From a bacterium (GTDB lineage Bacteria > Patescibacteriota > Gracilibacteria > JAUYGZ01): a DNA stretch of 64,000 bases. This document shows, in pieces, positions 25,156-35,380 of the stretch (the stretch's first letter is position 1; every line of letters starts with the position of its first letter). A program made the position numbers and the translations under genes. The DNA is taken from assembly GCA_030690415.1 (NCBI GenBank), contig JAUYGZ010000011.1:6269-70268 (forward strand). The letters are read 5' to 3'. The notes below the pieces were generated by a model. The model worked only from the letters and a program-made list of their open reading frames with translations, had not been told where the DNA came from and did no database searches.

Positions 25156-25509
25156 CCCCCCTCTTAGCTGGTTCAAGGTTCGCAGGATCTCAGCAAGGTA
25201 CCTTGAACCGGTCTTGCCATTCTGTGCAAAACAACCCCAGAAAGCTCATCATGATGAAAATCAAGAGCATTTTTGGACGTTCTGAAGCCAAAAAAAACAC
25301 CATTGGCTTGCAAAAGCCAAGCTCAAACTTTCACACAAGTTGTGCACATTTCACATGCGCAGAACTCCATAAGAAACCTGAAAACCAAGTTAATTCCATA
25401 CCCCTAAACTTTTTCAACATCTTCGACTAGAATAGAATCCTCCGGATATCTTTGCTTCCCCACTTCTTCCCTCTCCTTATAGTCCTTATCGTCTTTATCA
25501 TCCTTCCCC

Positions 25510-26121
25510 ATGGCTCTCCTCGAATCCAAACAACTCCCCCTCAGCTCCCCTCTCATCGATTTTTCTCTCCCCGATCCGGACGGCAAACTCCATTGCCCCT
25601 CTGATTTCGCGGGCCGAAAAGTGCTCGTCATCATCTTCATGTGTAATCATTGCCCTTACATCCACGCAGTGATTGACCGACTGGTTGAGCTCCAAAACAG
25701 CTACGAGCCACAAGACGTTCAACTCATCGGAATCAATGCCAATGACTGGTCCCATTACCCGGACGACAGCCCTGAAAAAATGAAGGAATTTATTACAGAA
25801 AGAAAGATCTCCTTTCCCTACCTCTACGACGAAAAACAGGAAATTGCAAAAGCCTATCAGGCCGTCTGCACCCCTGATATATTTGTATTTGGCTCGTATT
25901 CTGAAGCTGGGGGGGCTTCTCCCCTTGTAAGGGGCCGGGGGTTGGAGGGGGGCGAAGAAAAAAGACTCGCCTACCACGGCCGCATCGACGATAACTGGAA
26001 AGAGCCGGAAAAAGTCACCAAAAAGGATCTCAAGGTAGCTATCGACTCTCTCTTGAAGGGCGAAAAACCCGCTCAAGAGCAGTACTCCAGCATGGGCTGC
26101 TCAATCAAGTGGAAGGCGTAA
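25510..26121 (+). CDS. Thioredoxin-fold AhpC/TSA (PRX-like1) family protein with a ~20-aa in-frame insertion
   Basis: DFSLPDPDGK, FMCNHCPY (CxxC), YPDDSPEKM, FPYLYDE, AVCTPD, YHGRIDD, C-terminal SMGCSIKWK. Confidence 0.92.
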   Translation: MALLESKQLPLSSPLIDFSLPDPDGKLHCPSDFAGRKVLVIIFMCNHCPYIHAVIDRLVELQNSYEPQDVQLIGINANDWSHYPDDSPEKMKEFITERKISFPYLYDEKQEIAKAYQAVCTPDIFVFGSYSEAGGASPLVRGRGLEGGEEKRLAYHGRIDDNWKEPEKVTKKDLKVAIDSLLKGEKPAQEQYSSMGCSIKWKA

Positions 26122-26184
26122 GGCAAACGCCCCTTGACAAACGAGGAAAAGAAGCGAAAATGGTGCCTCCTAAATGGTGTCACC

Positions 26185-26907
26185 ATGGCCGCAAAACACC
26201 CGGAAGATTTCAAAAATCAAACAGGAAAGTGGGAAATCAGCAAGGGAAGTAAAAGCTCAGAAAGAATCCCCTCCTTCCAAAACTCAGCTGGGGATCCCGC
26301 GCTGAGAGCTTTTCTTGAAAAGAACCAACCACAAGGCTGGGTCAGAAGAGCCGTCAACTTCGTGTTTGGGAAGAAAGAAAAAAAAGAAACCCAGCAAAAA
26401 GGTGAAGAAGAAAAACCACCAGAAGAAGCTCCAAAGCCACTGATTGATAACTACCAAGACATCCCCGAATTAGAATTGAAGCTCTTGTACAGGAGCCTCG
26501 GGTCAGAAGCAGAGGATGAACAAAAAATGAGCGATTTTGAGTTCTATAAAGAAGCCATTCACTCAACCGAACTTGCTCTGTGTACGGCACTCATCAAAAA
26601 AAATACCGCCATCAACCCCAGGGTTGTTTTCTTTCTCCTGTGTCACCCCGCGGTAACTGTTAATTTGCACAGTGAAGCACTGCAAAAAGCCAGCTTTGAC
26701 AAACATCCCACGACAGCCATTCGTTTTTTGAGAACTGGAAAATTTCCCAACTTGTACAAGATACTGGTCATAGAAAAAACCCCCTTTGAAAACAATTTTC
26801 CCCTCGCCAACAAACTCCTGGGAGTCATCGAAAAACTTCCAGTGCAGGAGAAGGAGGTGCTACAAAAAGCGATGAGGAAAAAATTCGAAGAAAGGGAAAT
26901 AGCTTGA
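26185..26907 (+). CDS. Hypothetical protein
   Basis: Long ORF between genes. ATG 26185 is preferred because the track's TTG at 26134 is part of a TTGACA -35-like box. No family recognised. Confidence 0.6.
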   Translation: MAAKHPEDFKNQTGKWEISKGSKSSERIPSFQNSAGDPALRAFLEKNQPQGWVRRAVNFVFGKKEKKETQQKGEEEKPPEEAPKPLIDNYQDIPELELKLLYRSLGSEAEDEQKMSDFEFYKEAIHSTELALCTALIKKNTAINPRVVFFLLCHPAVTVNLHSEALQKASFDKHPTTAIRFLRTGKFPNLYKILVIEKTPFENNFPLANKLLGVIEKLPVQEKEVLQKAMRKKFEEREIA

Positions 26908-27085
26908 GAAATTTCTCGATAATCCACAACACCACACTTTCATGGCGTTCTTTGCTATACTCAATGAAGCACTCTCAGTCTCTGCCCTCTTCATTCTTCA
27001 TTCTTCATTCTTCGTTTTACATTTTACATTCCCCTCTCCCCTCTCCTATCTTCTACCCCCTACCGCCTACCACCTACCACCACCC

Positions 27086-27742
27086 ATGCTCATCATCTAT
27101 TGCCATCCCAGCCACGAATCACACAACGGAAAAATTCTTAAAAAAGTGACCAGAACCCTCGGCTGTCACGATATTGAATTCGAAGTGCTCGATCTGTATG
27201 AAATGAACTTCGACCCCTGTTTGACGGAAGAGGAGTACGGCCAAATGGTCAACCGTAGCGAAAAAAAGATTGATCCCCAAATCAAAAAGCTCCAGGAGAA
27301 AATTGCCGGAGCAAATACCCTCATCTTCATTTACCCTACCTACTGGTACAGCATGCCCGCTCGACTAAAAGGATTTATGGACCGCATCTTCACCTCACGC
27401 TTCGCCTATCGATTTTTCCCTGTAAACCGATTCATGCTCTTTGGAGCCTGGACTCTCTCCTGGATCCCGGGAATACGATACCTACTTCAAACCCGATCAG
27501 TAATCCCACTCCTCAAAGGAAAAAAAACCCTTATTTTCCGCACCTACGGAGGCCCTGCGCTCGGGAAAAGAATCTTTGGCAACACCCAAAAAGTCCTGGA
27601 AAATAATATCCTTCGCTTTTGCGGAATAACTGACATCACCGTCCACGAGCTCTTCAATACCGACAAGAAAAATATCTATACGCAGGAGTACGAAGACTCT
27701 TATCTCAAAAAAGTCGAAAAAATCTGCAATCGGCTAAAATAA
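27086..27742 (+). CDS. Flavodoxin-like fold NAD(P)H-dependent oxidoreductase (Flavodoxin_2/MdaB-like)
   Basis: MLIIYCHPSHES, DLYEMNFDP, LIFIYPTYWYSMPARLKGFMDR, TYGGP. The upstream extension in the track is heptamer repeat DNA. Confidence 0.9.
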   Translation: MLIIYCHPSHESHNGKILKKVTRTLGCHDIEFEVLDLYEMNFDPCLTEEEYGQMVNRSEKKIDPQIKKLQEKIAGANTLIFIYPTYWYSMPARLKGFMDRIFTSRFAYRFFPVNRFMLFGAWTLSWIPGIRYLLQTRSVIPLLKGKKTLIFRTYGGPALGKRIFGNTQKVLENNILRFCGITDITVHELFNTDKKNIYTQEYEDSYLKKVEKICNRLK

Positions 27743-27757
27743 TCTATACATCAGATC

Positions 27758-29605
27758 CTACCGAAACGATCCCAAAATATTACCGTACAAATACGATCCG
27801 ACACCATTCAGAATCCCCGCCGTCACTCCTCCGGTCCCAATCCGAATCTGCTTGGCATCAGCCGGATACAGCGTCTCGATTTTTCTTTGATCCTCCCGCC
27901 CGTCTGGCCATCGAACGGTCCAATCCCACTCGATATATCGTCCAATTCTCCCATTCCGAAGCACCTCCTCAGTCCCCGCGGGCAAATCATTCGAATACTC
28001 TTCCTGACGAGGTAAAATAACTTGTCGATTGATCGTTTGTTCAAGCTCCACGATACGACCATCGTCGATCCCATAAAATTCAAAGTAGGCTTCCTCAAGA
28101 TCAGGATCCGTATAAGAGTGGATCACAATCGGCCCTGGAGTATCATTGATAAACCTCAAATCCAAATTCTCCGGAGGGAATATAGTAGCATCGATCCCAT
28201 AACCATATTCGTGATAATATGAAACATCCAGACTATGGGGTTTCCTCTCTGTAATTTTTAATCCGGCATTGATCGCTGCCCTGTACATCGTAGTAGACAC
28301 CTGGCAAAGCCCTCCACCGGGCACCTCACGCACACCACCTCCTCCGAAGATCGCCAGCGCGGGTCTCCATCCATCTTCATAAAAAATGTAACCGAGGACC
28401 TGATTAAAGCTGAACTCTCCCCCGGGCGGAATCACTTCTCCAGCAAAGAGCCCTAATCCCTTTTTGACATTAAAAATTCTATCGACGTAATTCCCCATCT
28501 TGTAGCTGGACTTCCCCTGAGAGAGGAGGGTCAGCTCACCAACTCCATCCATAATCATATGGGGACTCAGCAATTCATTTTCCAGAATTATTTCCGTTTC
28601 TTCCGTGTCACCGAAAAGAGCGGTAAGAATGTCTTGAACCAGTCGATCCTGATTGAGCTTTCTTCCAACAGAAAGATCTCCTTCCATTTCTGACTTCAGA
28701 AATCCTTTTCCCTGCATGACCGGTTCGCGAACATGAGCAGAGCCGGCTTTTTTGTCATAAGTAAGAGCCCATTGAGCGACCCAGTCTCGCACAACTCCTT
28801 CCGCCACATCGAGCTGCTGTTGCTCTGAATTGACGGAGAATAACCAGGGAACATCAAACAGGGGAAAATCTACTCGCTCACCATCAGCCATCCAAAAAAG
28901 AGACTTATACAAAACCTCCTGGAGATCCTTTTCGTAAATATCATCCAAATCCTCCGAATAAACCTGGGGCTCAACGGCGCTAAGGTGCACCACGATTTCT
29001 CTTTGCTGATACCCATCGATCACCACATCACGAAGGCTTTGAAGAAGCCGATCGGCCTCTATCTTGTCCAGACGATATCCCATCTGATGCGACTGGAGCT
29101 TCCACTGCATGGTTTCTTCACTCAGATAGATCTGAGCATTATAGACCGGTCTCTCATAAGATCGGACCAAATCCAAAACAGAAGACAGCAGGTCTTCATC
29201 CACCGTCCTTTGAGGAGGCAGCCCCTCTCGCCCTTCGGCTAAAGCGACTCCATGAAGAGTCGGAGAAAGGGAAGGATGCTGAACCATAAGCTGATCAACC
29301 GTCGTCCCCACATCAAACACAATCCCAAACTCATTCGGCAAAAGCGTCTCAGCCCCTGCTTTCTGATCACCCAGGTAGACCTGCAGATCTACGCTCTGTT
29401 CTTCCAGGGTATTAACAGTTCGTCCCACAAGAGACCATACCTCCTCGCGCGTCAGCCCAGAGACATCAGTCCCCATAAAAGAAGTCCCCTCTGGGACTAC
29501 AGTAAAGAACCTTTGATAAGCATCAAATCCCATATGTGCGATCATCAAGAAGGATAAACCCAACAAAAGCACACGTTTTCCCATAGTTTTATTTTTATTT
29601 TTCAC
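27758..29605 (-). CDS. VanW-family protein (N-terminal TM, putative PG-binding region, C-terminal G5-like segment)
   Basis: VIPPGGEFSFNQVLG, GGGLCQVSTTMYRAA, ERKPHS, GIDATIF, DLRFINDT. Alternative ATG at 29584. Confidence 0.9.
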   Translation of the reverse strand: MKNKNKTMGKRVLLLGLSFLMIAHMGFDAYQRFFTVVPEGTSFMGTDVSGLTREEVWSLVGRTVNTLEEQSVDLQVYLGDQKAGAETLLPNEFGIVFDVGTTVDQLMVQHPSLSPTLHGVALAEGREGLPPQRTVDEDLLSSVLDLVRSYERPVYNAQIYLSEETMQWKLQSHQMGYRLDKIEADRLLQSLRDVVIDGYQQREIVVHLSAVEPQVYSEDLDDIYEKDLQEVLYKSLFWMADGERVDFPLFDVPWLFSVNSEQQQLDVAEGVVRDWVAQWALTYDKKAGSAHVREPVMQGKGFLKSEMEGDLSVGRKLNQDRLVQDILTALFGDTEETEIILENELLSPHMIMDGVGELTLLSQGKSSYKMGNYVDRIFNVKKGLGLFAGEVIPPGGEFSFNQVLGYIFYEDGWRPALAIFGGGGVREVPGGGLCQVSTTMYRAAINAGLKITERKPHSLDVSYYHEYGYGIDATIFPPENLDLRFINDTPGPIVIHSYTDPDLEEAYFEFYGIDDGRIVELEQTINRQVILPRQEEYSNDLPAGTEEVLRNGRIGRYIEWDWTVRWPDGREDQRKIETLYPADAKQIRIGTGGVTAGILNGVGSYLYGNILGSFR

Positions 29606-29649
29606 TTCACACCATTATCGCACAAAAAATATCGAAAGTCAAAGCGAGC

Positions 29650-29678
29650 TTGACCGATAATTCAGAACACCATAGACT
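29650..29678 (+). promoter_or_regulatory. Sigma70-type promoter of fusA
   Basis: TTGACC-N17-TAGACT. Confidence 0.55.
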
Positions 29679-29747
29679 CTCTCTGCTTGCCTGTAGGCGA
29701 GTTTCTCTACTCCTACAACCGACAACCTACTTCCTAATCCCTCCTCC

Positions 29748-31829
29748 ATGTCCGACCTCTCGAAAGTCCGTAATATTGGTATCATTGCCCACATCGATGC
29801 CGGAAAAACAACCACCACAGAGCGTGTTTTGCTCTATACCGGGGTCACTCATAAAATCGGTGAAGTCCATGCAGGTGAGGCCACCATGGACTGGATGGAG
29901 CAGGAAAGAGAGCGAGGAATTACCATCACTTCAGCTGCCACGACGTGCTTCTGGAAAGAAATTCAGATCAATATCATTGATACACCTGGCCACGTTGACT
30001 TTACGGCAGAGGTAGAACGCTCCCTCCGTGTACTGGACGGAGGAGTCACGGTGTTTGACGGATCACAAGGGGTGGAGCCACAATCAGAGACGGTGTGGAG
30101 ACAAGCCGACAAGTACAACGTCCCCCGAATCTGCTTCGCCAACAAAATGGACAAGACCGGAGGAGACTTCTATATGACTCTGAAATCCATTCACGACCGA
30201 TTGAGCCTCAATTGTGCTCCTATTCAGCTCCCCATCGGATCGGAAGCCGATTTCAGCGGAGTCATCGACCTCGTCGAGATGAAAGCCTACTCCTTCTCCG
30301 CCGACGAACTGGGGCGAAAAATGGACGAAATCCCAATTCCGGAAGACATGAAGGAGAAGGCAAAACAATACCGGGAAGGCCTCATCGAAAAAGTCGCGGA
30401 ATTTGACGAGAGCATTATGGAAAAATACCTCGATGGCCAGGAAGTCTCCATAGATGAGCTTAAAAAAGGAATCCGAACAGCTGTTATCACAGCTCAATTT
30501 TACCCACTCCTCTGCGGATCATCACTAAAAAACAAAGGCGTGCTCCTGATGCTGGATGCTATCGTAGACTACCTCCCATCTCCCCTCGATGTCGATAATG
30601 GTCAGATCAAGGGATACGACATCAAAGATGCAACAAAAGAAATGGTTCGACAAGCAGACATCAATGAGCCGACCTCCGCACTCGCCTTTAAGATCATGTC
30701 CGACCCCTTCGTGGGACGACTCACCTTCGTCCGCGTCTACTCAGGAGCCCTGAAGAGCGGAAGCTATGTCTACAACACGAACTCCCGAAGTAAAGAGCGT
30801 ATCGGGCGACTTCTTCAAATGCACGCCAATGACCGAAAAGAAATCACTGAAATCCCCGCGGGAAATATTGGAGCGGTCGTAGGGCTGAAGGACACCCTGA
30901 CAGGTGACACCCTCTGCGATGAAAAATCCCCTATAGTCCTTGAACACATCACTTTCCCAGAGCCCGTCATCCGCATTGCCATCGAACCGAAAACAAAAGC
31001 AGACCAGGAAAAAATGGGAGTCGCTCTCTCCAAGCTCGCCGAAGAAGACCCTACCTTCCAGGTCAAAACCGACGAAGAAACCAACCAGACCATCATTGCC
31101 GGAATGGGAGAGCTGCATTTGGATATCATCGTCGATCGTATGCGACGAGAGTTCAAAGTAGAATGCAATGTCGGGGAACCTCAGGTTGCCTACAGGGAAA
31201 CCATACAGGAAACCGTTGAAACCGAACACAAGTACGTCAAACAAACAGGGGGTCGTGGACAATATGGCCACGTCGTCATGAAGATGGAACCCCGTGAGCC
31301 AGGAGAAGGATATGAATTTGTCGACAAAGTGGTCGGAGGCCGTATCCCCAGAGAATACATCCCTGGTGTCCAGAAAGGACTCCTGGAAGCCCTCAACAAA
31401 GGAGTCATCGCCGGATATCCGGTGGTTGATATCACAGTGAGCCTCCTGGATGGATCCTACCACGAAGTTGATTCCTCAGAGCTCGCCTTCAAAATGGCTG
31501 CTTCTATTGCCTTCAAAGACGGTATGCGTGCGGCAAAGCCCGTACTGCTCGAGCCGGTGATGAAGGTGGAGGTCGTTACTCCGGAAGAGTACATGGGAGA
31601 CATTATGGGAAATTTGAACGGCCGCCGGGGGCAGATCCAGCACATGGGCGATCGGGGCATGGCGAAAACAATCGATGCCATGGTCCCCCTCTCCGAGCTC
31701 TTCGGATACGCCACCGATATCCGCTCCATGTCCCAGGGCAGAGCCAGCTACTCGATGGAGTTTGCCCACTATGCGAAGGTGCCAACAAACGTGGCAGAGA
31801 AGATTAAGGAAAAGAGAGGGGTGGCGTAA
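29748..31829 (+). CDS. fusA: Elongation factor G
   Basis: [50 protein letters not shown]; 693 aa. Confidence 0.99.
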   Translation: MSDLSKVRNIGIIAHIDAGKTTTTERVLLYTGVTHKIGEVHAGEATMDWMEQERERGITITSAATTCFWKEIQINIIDTPGHVDFTAEVERSLRVLDGGVTVFDGSQGVEPQSETVWRQADKYNVPRICFANKMDKTGGDFYMTLKSIHDRLSLNCAPIQLPIGSEADFSGVIDLVEMKAYSFSADELGRKMDEIPIPEDMKEKAKQYREGLIEKVAEFDESIMEKYLDGQEVSIDELKKGIRTAVITAQFYPLLCGSSLKNKGVLLMLDAIVDYLPSPLDVDNGQIKGYDIKDATKEMVRQADINEPTSALAFKIMSDPFVGRLTFVRVYSGALKSGSYVYNTNSRSKERIGRLLQMHANDRKEITEIPAGNIGAVVGLKDTLTGDTLCDEKSPIVLEHITFPEPVIRIAIEPKTKADQEKMGVALSKLAEEDPTFQVKTDEETNQTIIAGMGELHLDIIVDRMRREFKVECNVGEPQVAYRETIQETVETEHKYVKQTGGRGQYGHVVMKMEPREPGEGYEFVDKVVGGRIPREYIPGVQKGLLEALNKGVIAGYPVVDITVSLLDGSYHEVDSSELAFKMAASIAFKDGMRAAKPVLLEPVMKVEVVTPEEYMGDIMGNLNGRRGQIQHMGDRGMAKTIDAMVPLSELFGYATDIRSMSQGRASYSMEFAHYAKVPTNVAEKIKEKRGVA

Positions 31830-31847
31830 TTTCATGTCGCCAATACA

Positions 31848-31882
31848 CCAAAAAGCCTGTCAGAATCTGACAGGCTTTTTGG
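31848..31882. terminator. Bidirectional intrinsic terminator
   Basis: ccaaaaagcctgtcag-aat-ctgacaggctttttgg, a perfect inverted repeat between convergent genes. Confidence 0.85.
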
Positions 31883-31893
31883 CAATCATCCAA

Positions 31894-32715
31894 TCATGTC
31901 TTCCGCCAACTATCAGCATCTTCATCTTCATCTTCTTCATCTCCAGCCTCTTCAGCCCCATCTGAAAAAGCACTGATGGCATCATTCAAAGGATCATCAT
32001 GATCAAGTTCACGATAAAATTCACCATCATCAGGAATAGGCTCAGCAGGTTGCTTCTCTCGACCATCATCTGCGGCAAAAGCCTCCATTGCGTTATCCAA
32101 CACTTCCGGATTGTCCAAAAGCCCAAATGACATTTCAAACATGGCCTTTTCAACTCTTCCCGGATCACAATCTCCAGAGTAAGCGGGATCCGAGTTTCGC
32201 CACTCTAAAACGACTTCCATCAATAGCTTGAGGGTAGAAAGATTCAGAACAGCTCCAGGCTCCCCATTGTCTTCTACAAGAATTCCATTTTCCCAAAGGC
32301 TATCAAAATGCTCAGCAGTAAAACAATAGTAACCGGGTGTCTGTCTCTCTGCCTTCGTCTTGCTAAGATCCTTTTTCAACACTTGTAGAGCTTCCTTCCG
32401 GGCATCCTCCCCATCCAGCCAATCGATCAACATATCGAGAACATCTGCCAGTGGCTCACTTTTTTCAAATCTCAACTTTTCCAGAACAGGAGCAAAAAAA
32501 GCGAGTTGCTGAACATGGTTCTCTTTCTGTTCTTCATCGTACAGAGCAGCCAGGACCAGACGAACTTGCGCTATTTTCTCAACAAAACGTGAAAACTCCA
32601 TACCGGCCAATGCCGCAATGGCCGCATACTGAGAAGAAACTAGTACCTCCTCATCAGCTCCACCTTCCAACGATGCATATGCAGAATAAATATCAATTTT
32701 ATCAGAATACGCCAT
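31894..32715 (-). CDS. Hypothetical acidic protein, 273 aa
   Basis: Long ORF with ATG start, convergent with fusA across a shared terminator. No family recognised. Confidence 0.75.
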   Translation of the reverse strand: MAYSDKIDIYSAYASLEGGADEEVLVSSQYAAIAALAGMEFSRFVEKIAQVRLVLAALYDEEQKENHVQQLAFFAPVLEKLRFEKSEPLADVLDMLIDWLDGEDARKEALQVLKKDLSKTKAERQTPGYYCFTAEHFDSLWENGILVEDNGEPGAVLNLSTLKLLMEVVLEWRNSDPAYSGDCDPGRVEKAMFEMSFGLLDNPEVLDNAMEAFAADDGREKQPAEPIPDDGEFYRELDHDDPLNDAISAFSDGAEEAGDEEDEDEDADSWRKT

Positions 32716-32805
32716 ATTTCTCCTTATGATTAAAGTGCGCGCATTATAAAGCCATTCGCGATAAAAGCAAGCAAAAAGACAACATAATGTGAAAAATGAC
32801 GTATG

Positions 32806-32834
32806 TTGACAAATGCTATGTAATAGTTTACAAT
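32806..32834 (+). promoter_or_regulatory. Sigma70-type promoter
   Basis: TTGACA-N17-TACAAT. Confidence 0.7.
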
Positions 32835-32864
32835 ACTTCGAATTATTATTTCTTATGTCTTCAC

Positions 32865-33053
32865 ATGGCTAAAGCGGATCCAAGGATAAACCTCCAAATC
32901 CTCGAAAACCTGACAAAAAAGGCCGAAAAGCAAAAATTCACCTCTTCAGAAGATGACGAGGAAAATGAGGATCATTTCCTCAGAGCAGAAAAAAGACAGG
33001 TGAAAATGAGAATAGACCGCCTGGAGGGTCCCAACAAAGCAAGATTAGAGTAG
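32865..33053 (+). CDS. Small hypothetical protein (62 aa, MAKADPRINLQ...)
   Basis: ATG 30 nt downstream of a near-consensus promoter; charged, helical-looking sequence. Confidence 0.6.
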   Translation: MAKADPRINLQILENLTKKAEKQKFTSSEDDEENEDHFLRAEKRQVKMRIDRLEGPNKARLE

Positions 33054-33128
33054 ATCCTTGTTGACCTTCCTCTTCGAGTCTGAGCTGACCAGAACCATCT
33101 AAGCCTTACCTGGGCTCGTAAGATCGCC

Positions 33129-33740
33129 TCAGAGTCGATGACCCACCTTCACCTTCGCGGTCTTTATGACCCTCCCTCGCATCTCATACCCCTGGGAAAA
33201 TATCTCTAGGATCTTTCCAACATCACCTTCTCCCGTCATCATCACCTCATGCTTGGCGGGATCGATCTGATCCCCCTCCTTCACTTCCATCAGACTCACC
33301 CCTTGTTGATCAAGAAAACTCTGAAACTGCCAGTCAATCAGCTCGAACCCTTTCTTCCATTCGGCATCAAGCCCCTCCGGCTCATGCTCCAGCAAGCGGT
33401 GGTAGTTTTCATAGATTTCAAGCACCTGAAGCACCAGTTTTTGCGCTGCGAAGGCGGAAAAGGATGACTTCTCTTCCTCCATCCGACGCTGAGCGTTATG
33501 AAGATCAGCTACCGCCCTCAAAGCTTTTGACTCAGCCTCGTCCTTGACTCTTGTCAGCTCCTGGATCTGCTCCTGATAGGTCTCATGTACGGTCTTTTCG
33601 TCTCCCTTCTTTAAATCCTGTATTTTTTTCACCAGATCATCTTCTTGCGTCTCCGAATTCGCATCATTCGAATCCATTCGTCCGCCGCGGCGGATGGCAT
33701 CGGAACCATTGGCATCGGAATGTTCATCTTGATCTGCCAT
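33129..33740 (-). CDS. grpE: Nucleotide exchange factor GrpE
   Basis: ALRAVADLHNAQRR, IDPAKHEVM, QGYEMRGRVIKTAKVKV; downstream of hrcA. Confidence 0.95.
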   Translation of the reverse strand: MADQDEHSDANGSDAIRRGGRMDSNDANSETQEDDLVKKIQDLKKGDEKTVHETYQEQIQELTRVKDEAESKALRAVADLHNAQRRMEEEKSSFSAFAAQKLVLQVLEIYENYHRLLEHEPEGLDAEWKKGFELIDWQFQSFLDQQGVSLMEVKEGDQIDPAKHEVMMTGEGDVGKILEIFSQGYEMRGRVIKTAKVKVGHRL

Positions 33741-33810
33741 GTATCGCAGTAATAAAACAAAAAGCAGGCAAGAGTATAGCCATTCAACTCACCAACATCA
33801 ACCTAACTCC

Positions 33811-34530
33811 TCATATGACACCCCCCTCCAAAAACTCCCTCGCCTGCTCGAGCGCCGCCTTATTGTACGAATACCGCATCCTCATCGGACCCAAAACCCC
33901 CATAACCCCCTTCCTCCCTCCCAACTGATACCGGGTCACCAGCATGCTCACACTCTGAAACTGCTCAATTAAGTTCTCTTCTCCAATATAAACCCTCACG
34001 TCCCGATCAATCTCAAGCGAATCCAGCAAGGTCACGAATTCATTTTCCATCACCTCGACCACCCGTGAAGCCACTTCCGGATGTGCCATAAACTCCGGCT
34101 GCCGAAGCACTTTAGACAGCCCTAAAAACAAAGCATGATCATTATCGGGAATCGTGGCAAAAGCAATATTGTCGACGACCTGGGAGAGGATATCTACGCC
34201 TCGATAAACCTGTTGCCGATCCAACTTGTCCTGATACTGCTCTAGACTCTGAGCAAAAGCCGTTTTAGCCAAAATCTGCTCCTTCTTCGAGTCCTTAATG
34301 CTCTCGACAAAAAAACGGTATCCCTTGGCGGTAGGGACTCGGCCAGCGGATGTGTAGGGCTGAACAATAAGCCCCTTCTCTTCCAAACGAGCCATTTCGT
34401 TTCGAATCGTCGCCGAAGAGACCTGAAGCTTGTATTCCGTAACAATGGTCTTAGACCCCACGGGAACAGCCGTCCTGATAAAGTTATCGATAATGGCCAG
34501 GAGCAATTGTTGCTGACGGTCCTTCATCAC
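33811..34530 (-). CDS. hrcA: Heat-inducible transcription repressor HrcA (short form)
   Basis: PVGSK, VSSATIRNEMARLEEKGLIVQPYTSAGRVPTAKGYRFFV, GVLGPMRMRY. Confidence 0.95.
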   Translation of the reverse strand: MMKDRQQQLLLAIIDNFIRTAVPVGSKTIVTEYKLQVSSATIRNEMARLEEKGLIVQPYTSAGRVPTAKGYRFFVESIKDSKKEQILAKTAFAQSLEQYQDKLDRQQVYRGVDILSQVVDNIAFATIPDNDHALFLGLSKVLRQPEFMAHPEVASRVVEVMENEFVTLLDSLEIDRDVRVYIGEENLIEQFQSVSMLVTRYQLGGRKGVMGVLGPMRMRYSYNKAALEQAREFLEGGVI

Positions 34531-34536
34531 AATTGA

Positions 34537-34806
34537 TTATCGAATATTCCATTCTCTGATCTGTTGAACAGCAGTAATGGCCTCATCTAGAGTCAAAGGG
34601 GCGTGATCCTCCAAACAACGGGGAGCAAAGTAGGCCCACCCCATTTGGCACAAAAGAACGCCTTTATCGAGAACAAAAACCATCATCACCCCTTCATCTG
34701 ACTCCAGACTAAAAGCATCCAGCAAAAACAGTCCTGTTTGCTCGGACCCCCTCACAACAAGATCACAAAGTCGTTCGAAAACCGTTCTGATAAGCTCTTC
34801 GTTCAT
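34537..34806 (-). CDS. Hypothetical protein, 89 aa, probably co-transcribed with hrcA
   Basis: ATG ORF ending 6 nt before hrcA on the same strand. Confidence 0.6.
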   Translation of the reverse strand: MNEELIRTVFERLCDLVVRGSEQTGLFLLDAFSLESDEGVMMVFVLDKGVLLCQMGWAYFAPRCLEDHAPLTLDEAITAVQQIREWNIR

Positions 34807-34893
34807 AAGGGGAATAAGATCAAACTCATCATATCACCCCACATTTTTCCTTGCAATGCCCCCAACAATCCGTAAAATAACAAAGCTCAACCT

Positions 34894-34962
34894 CTGGTTC
34901 GCTAGTGCCTGGTTTCTGGTCACTAGTCGCCAGAAACAAGTAACCAAATAACCAGCAACCAG
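34894..34962. repeat. Inverted degenerate heptamer array in the rpsL leader
   Basis: tctggtt/gctagtg/cctggtt/tctggtc facing ccagaaa/caagtaa/ccaaata/accagca/accag, ending at the ATG. Confidence 0.6.
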
Positions 34963-34963
34963 A

Positions 34964-35380
34964 ATGCCTACCATCAATCAGCTCATTCGAAAACCGCGGA
35001 CGACCAAGATCAGAAAATCAAAGTCTCCCGCCCTACAGTACCGCTGGAACAGCCTGAAACGGAAAGCGGTCACCATGAAAAGAGGAAACCCTTTTATGCG
35101 GGGAGTCTGCACGAAAGTGAGCACTATGACGCCAAAGAAACCGAACTCAGCACTCCGAAAATTCGCCAGGGTAAAGCTCACCAATGGTATGGAAGTGACC
35201 GCCTACATCGGTGGCGAAGGACACAATCTTCAGGAACACTCGGTCGTCATGATCCGTGGAGGACGAGTGAAAGATCTTCCAGGAGTTCGTTACCACGTCG
35301 TTCGAGGCCGTCTTGATTGCGAAGGCGTAAAAGACCGTAAACGTGGCCGCTCCCGATACGGAGCCAAGAAAGACGCTTGA
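34964..35380 (+). CDS. rpsL: 30S ribosomal protein S12
   Basis: [40 protein letters not shown]. Confidence 0.99.
   Translation: MPTINQLIRKPRTTKIRKSKSPALQYRWNSLKRKAVTMKRGNPFMRGVCTKVSTMTPKKPNSALRKFARVKLTNGMEVTAYIGGEGHNLQEHSVVMIRGGRVKDLPGVRYHVVRGRLDCEGVKDRKRGRSRYGAKKDA

Noticed and set aside
24652..27742. Integrase-type genomic island at the tmRNA 3' end
   Set aside because: No integrase and no downstream direct repeat of the tmRNA 3' end were found in the window.
34964..35380. Alternative genetic code (UGA=Gly, as in Gracilibacteria/Absconditabacteria)
   Set aside because: rpsL, grpE and thrA end at TGA at expected lengths, and long conserved genes have no internal TGA.
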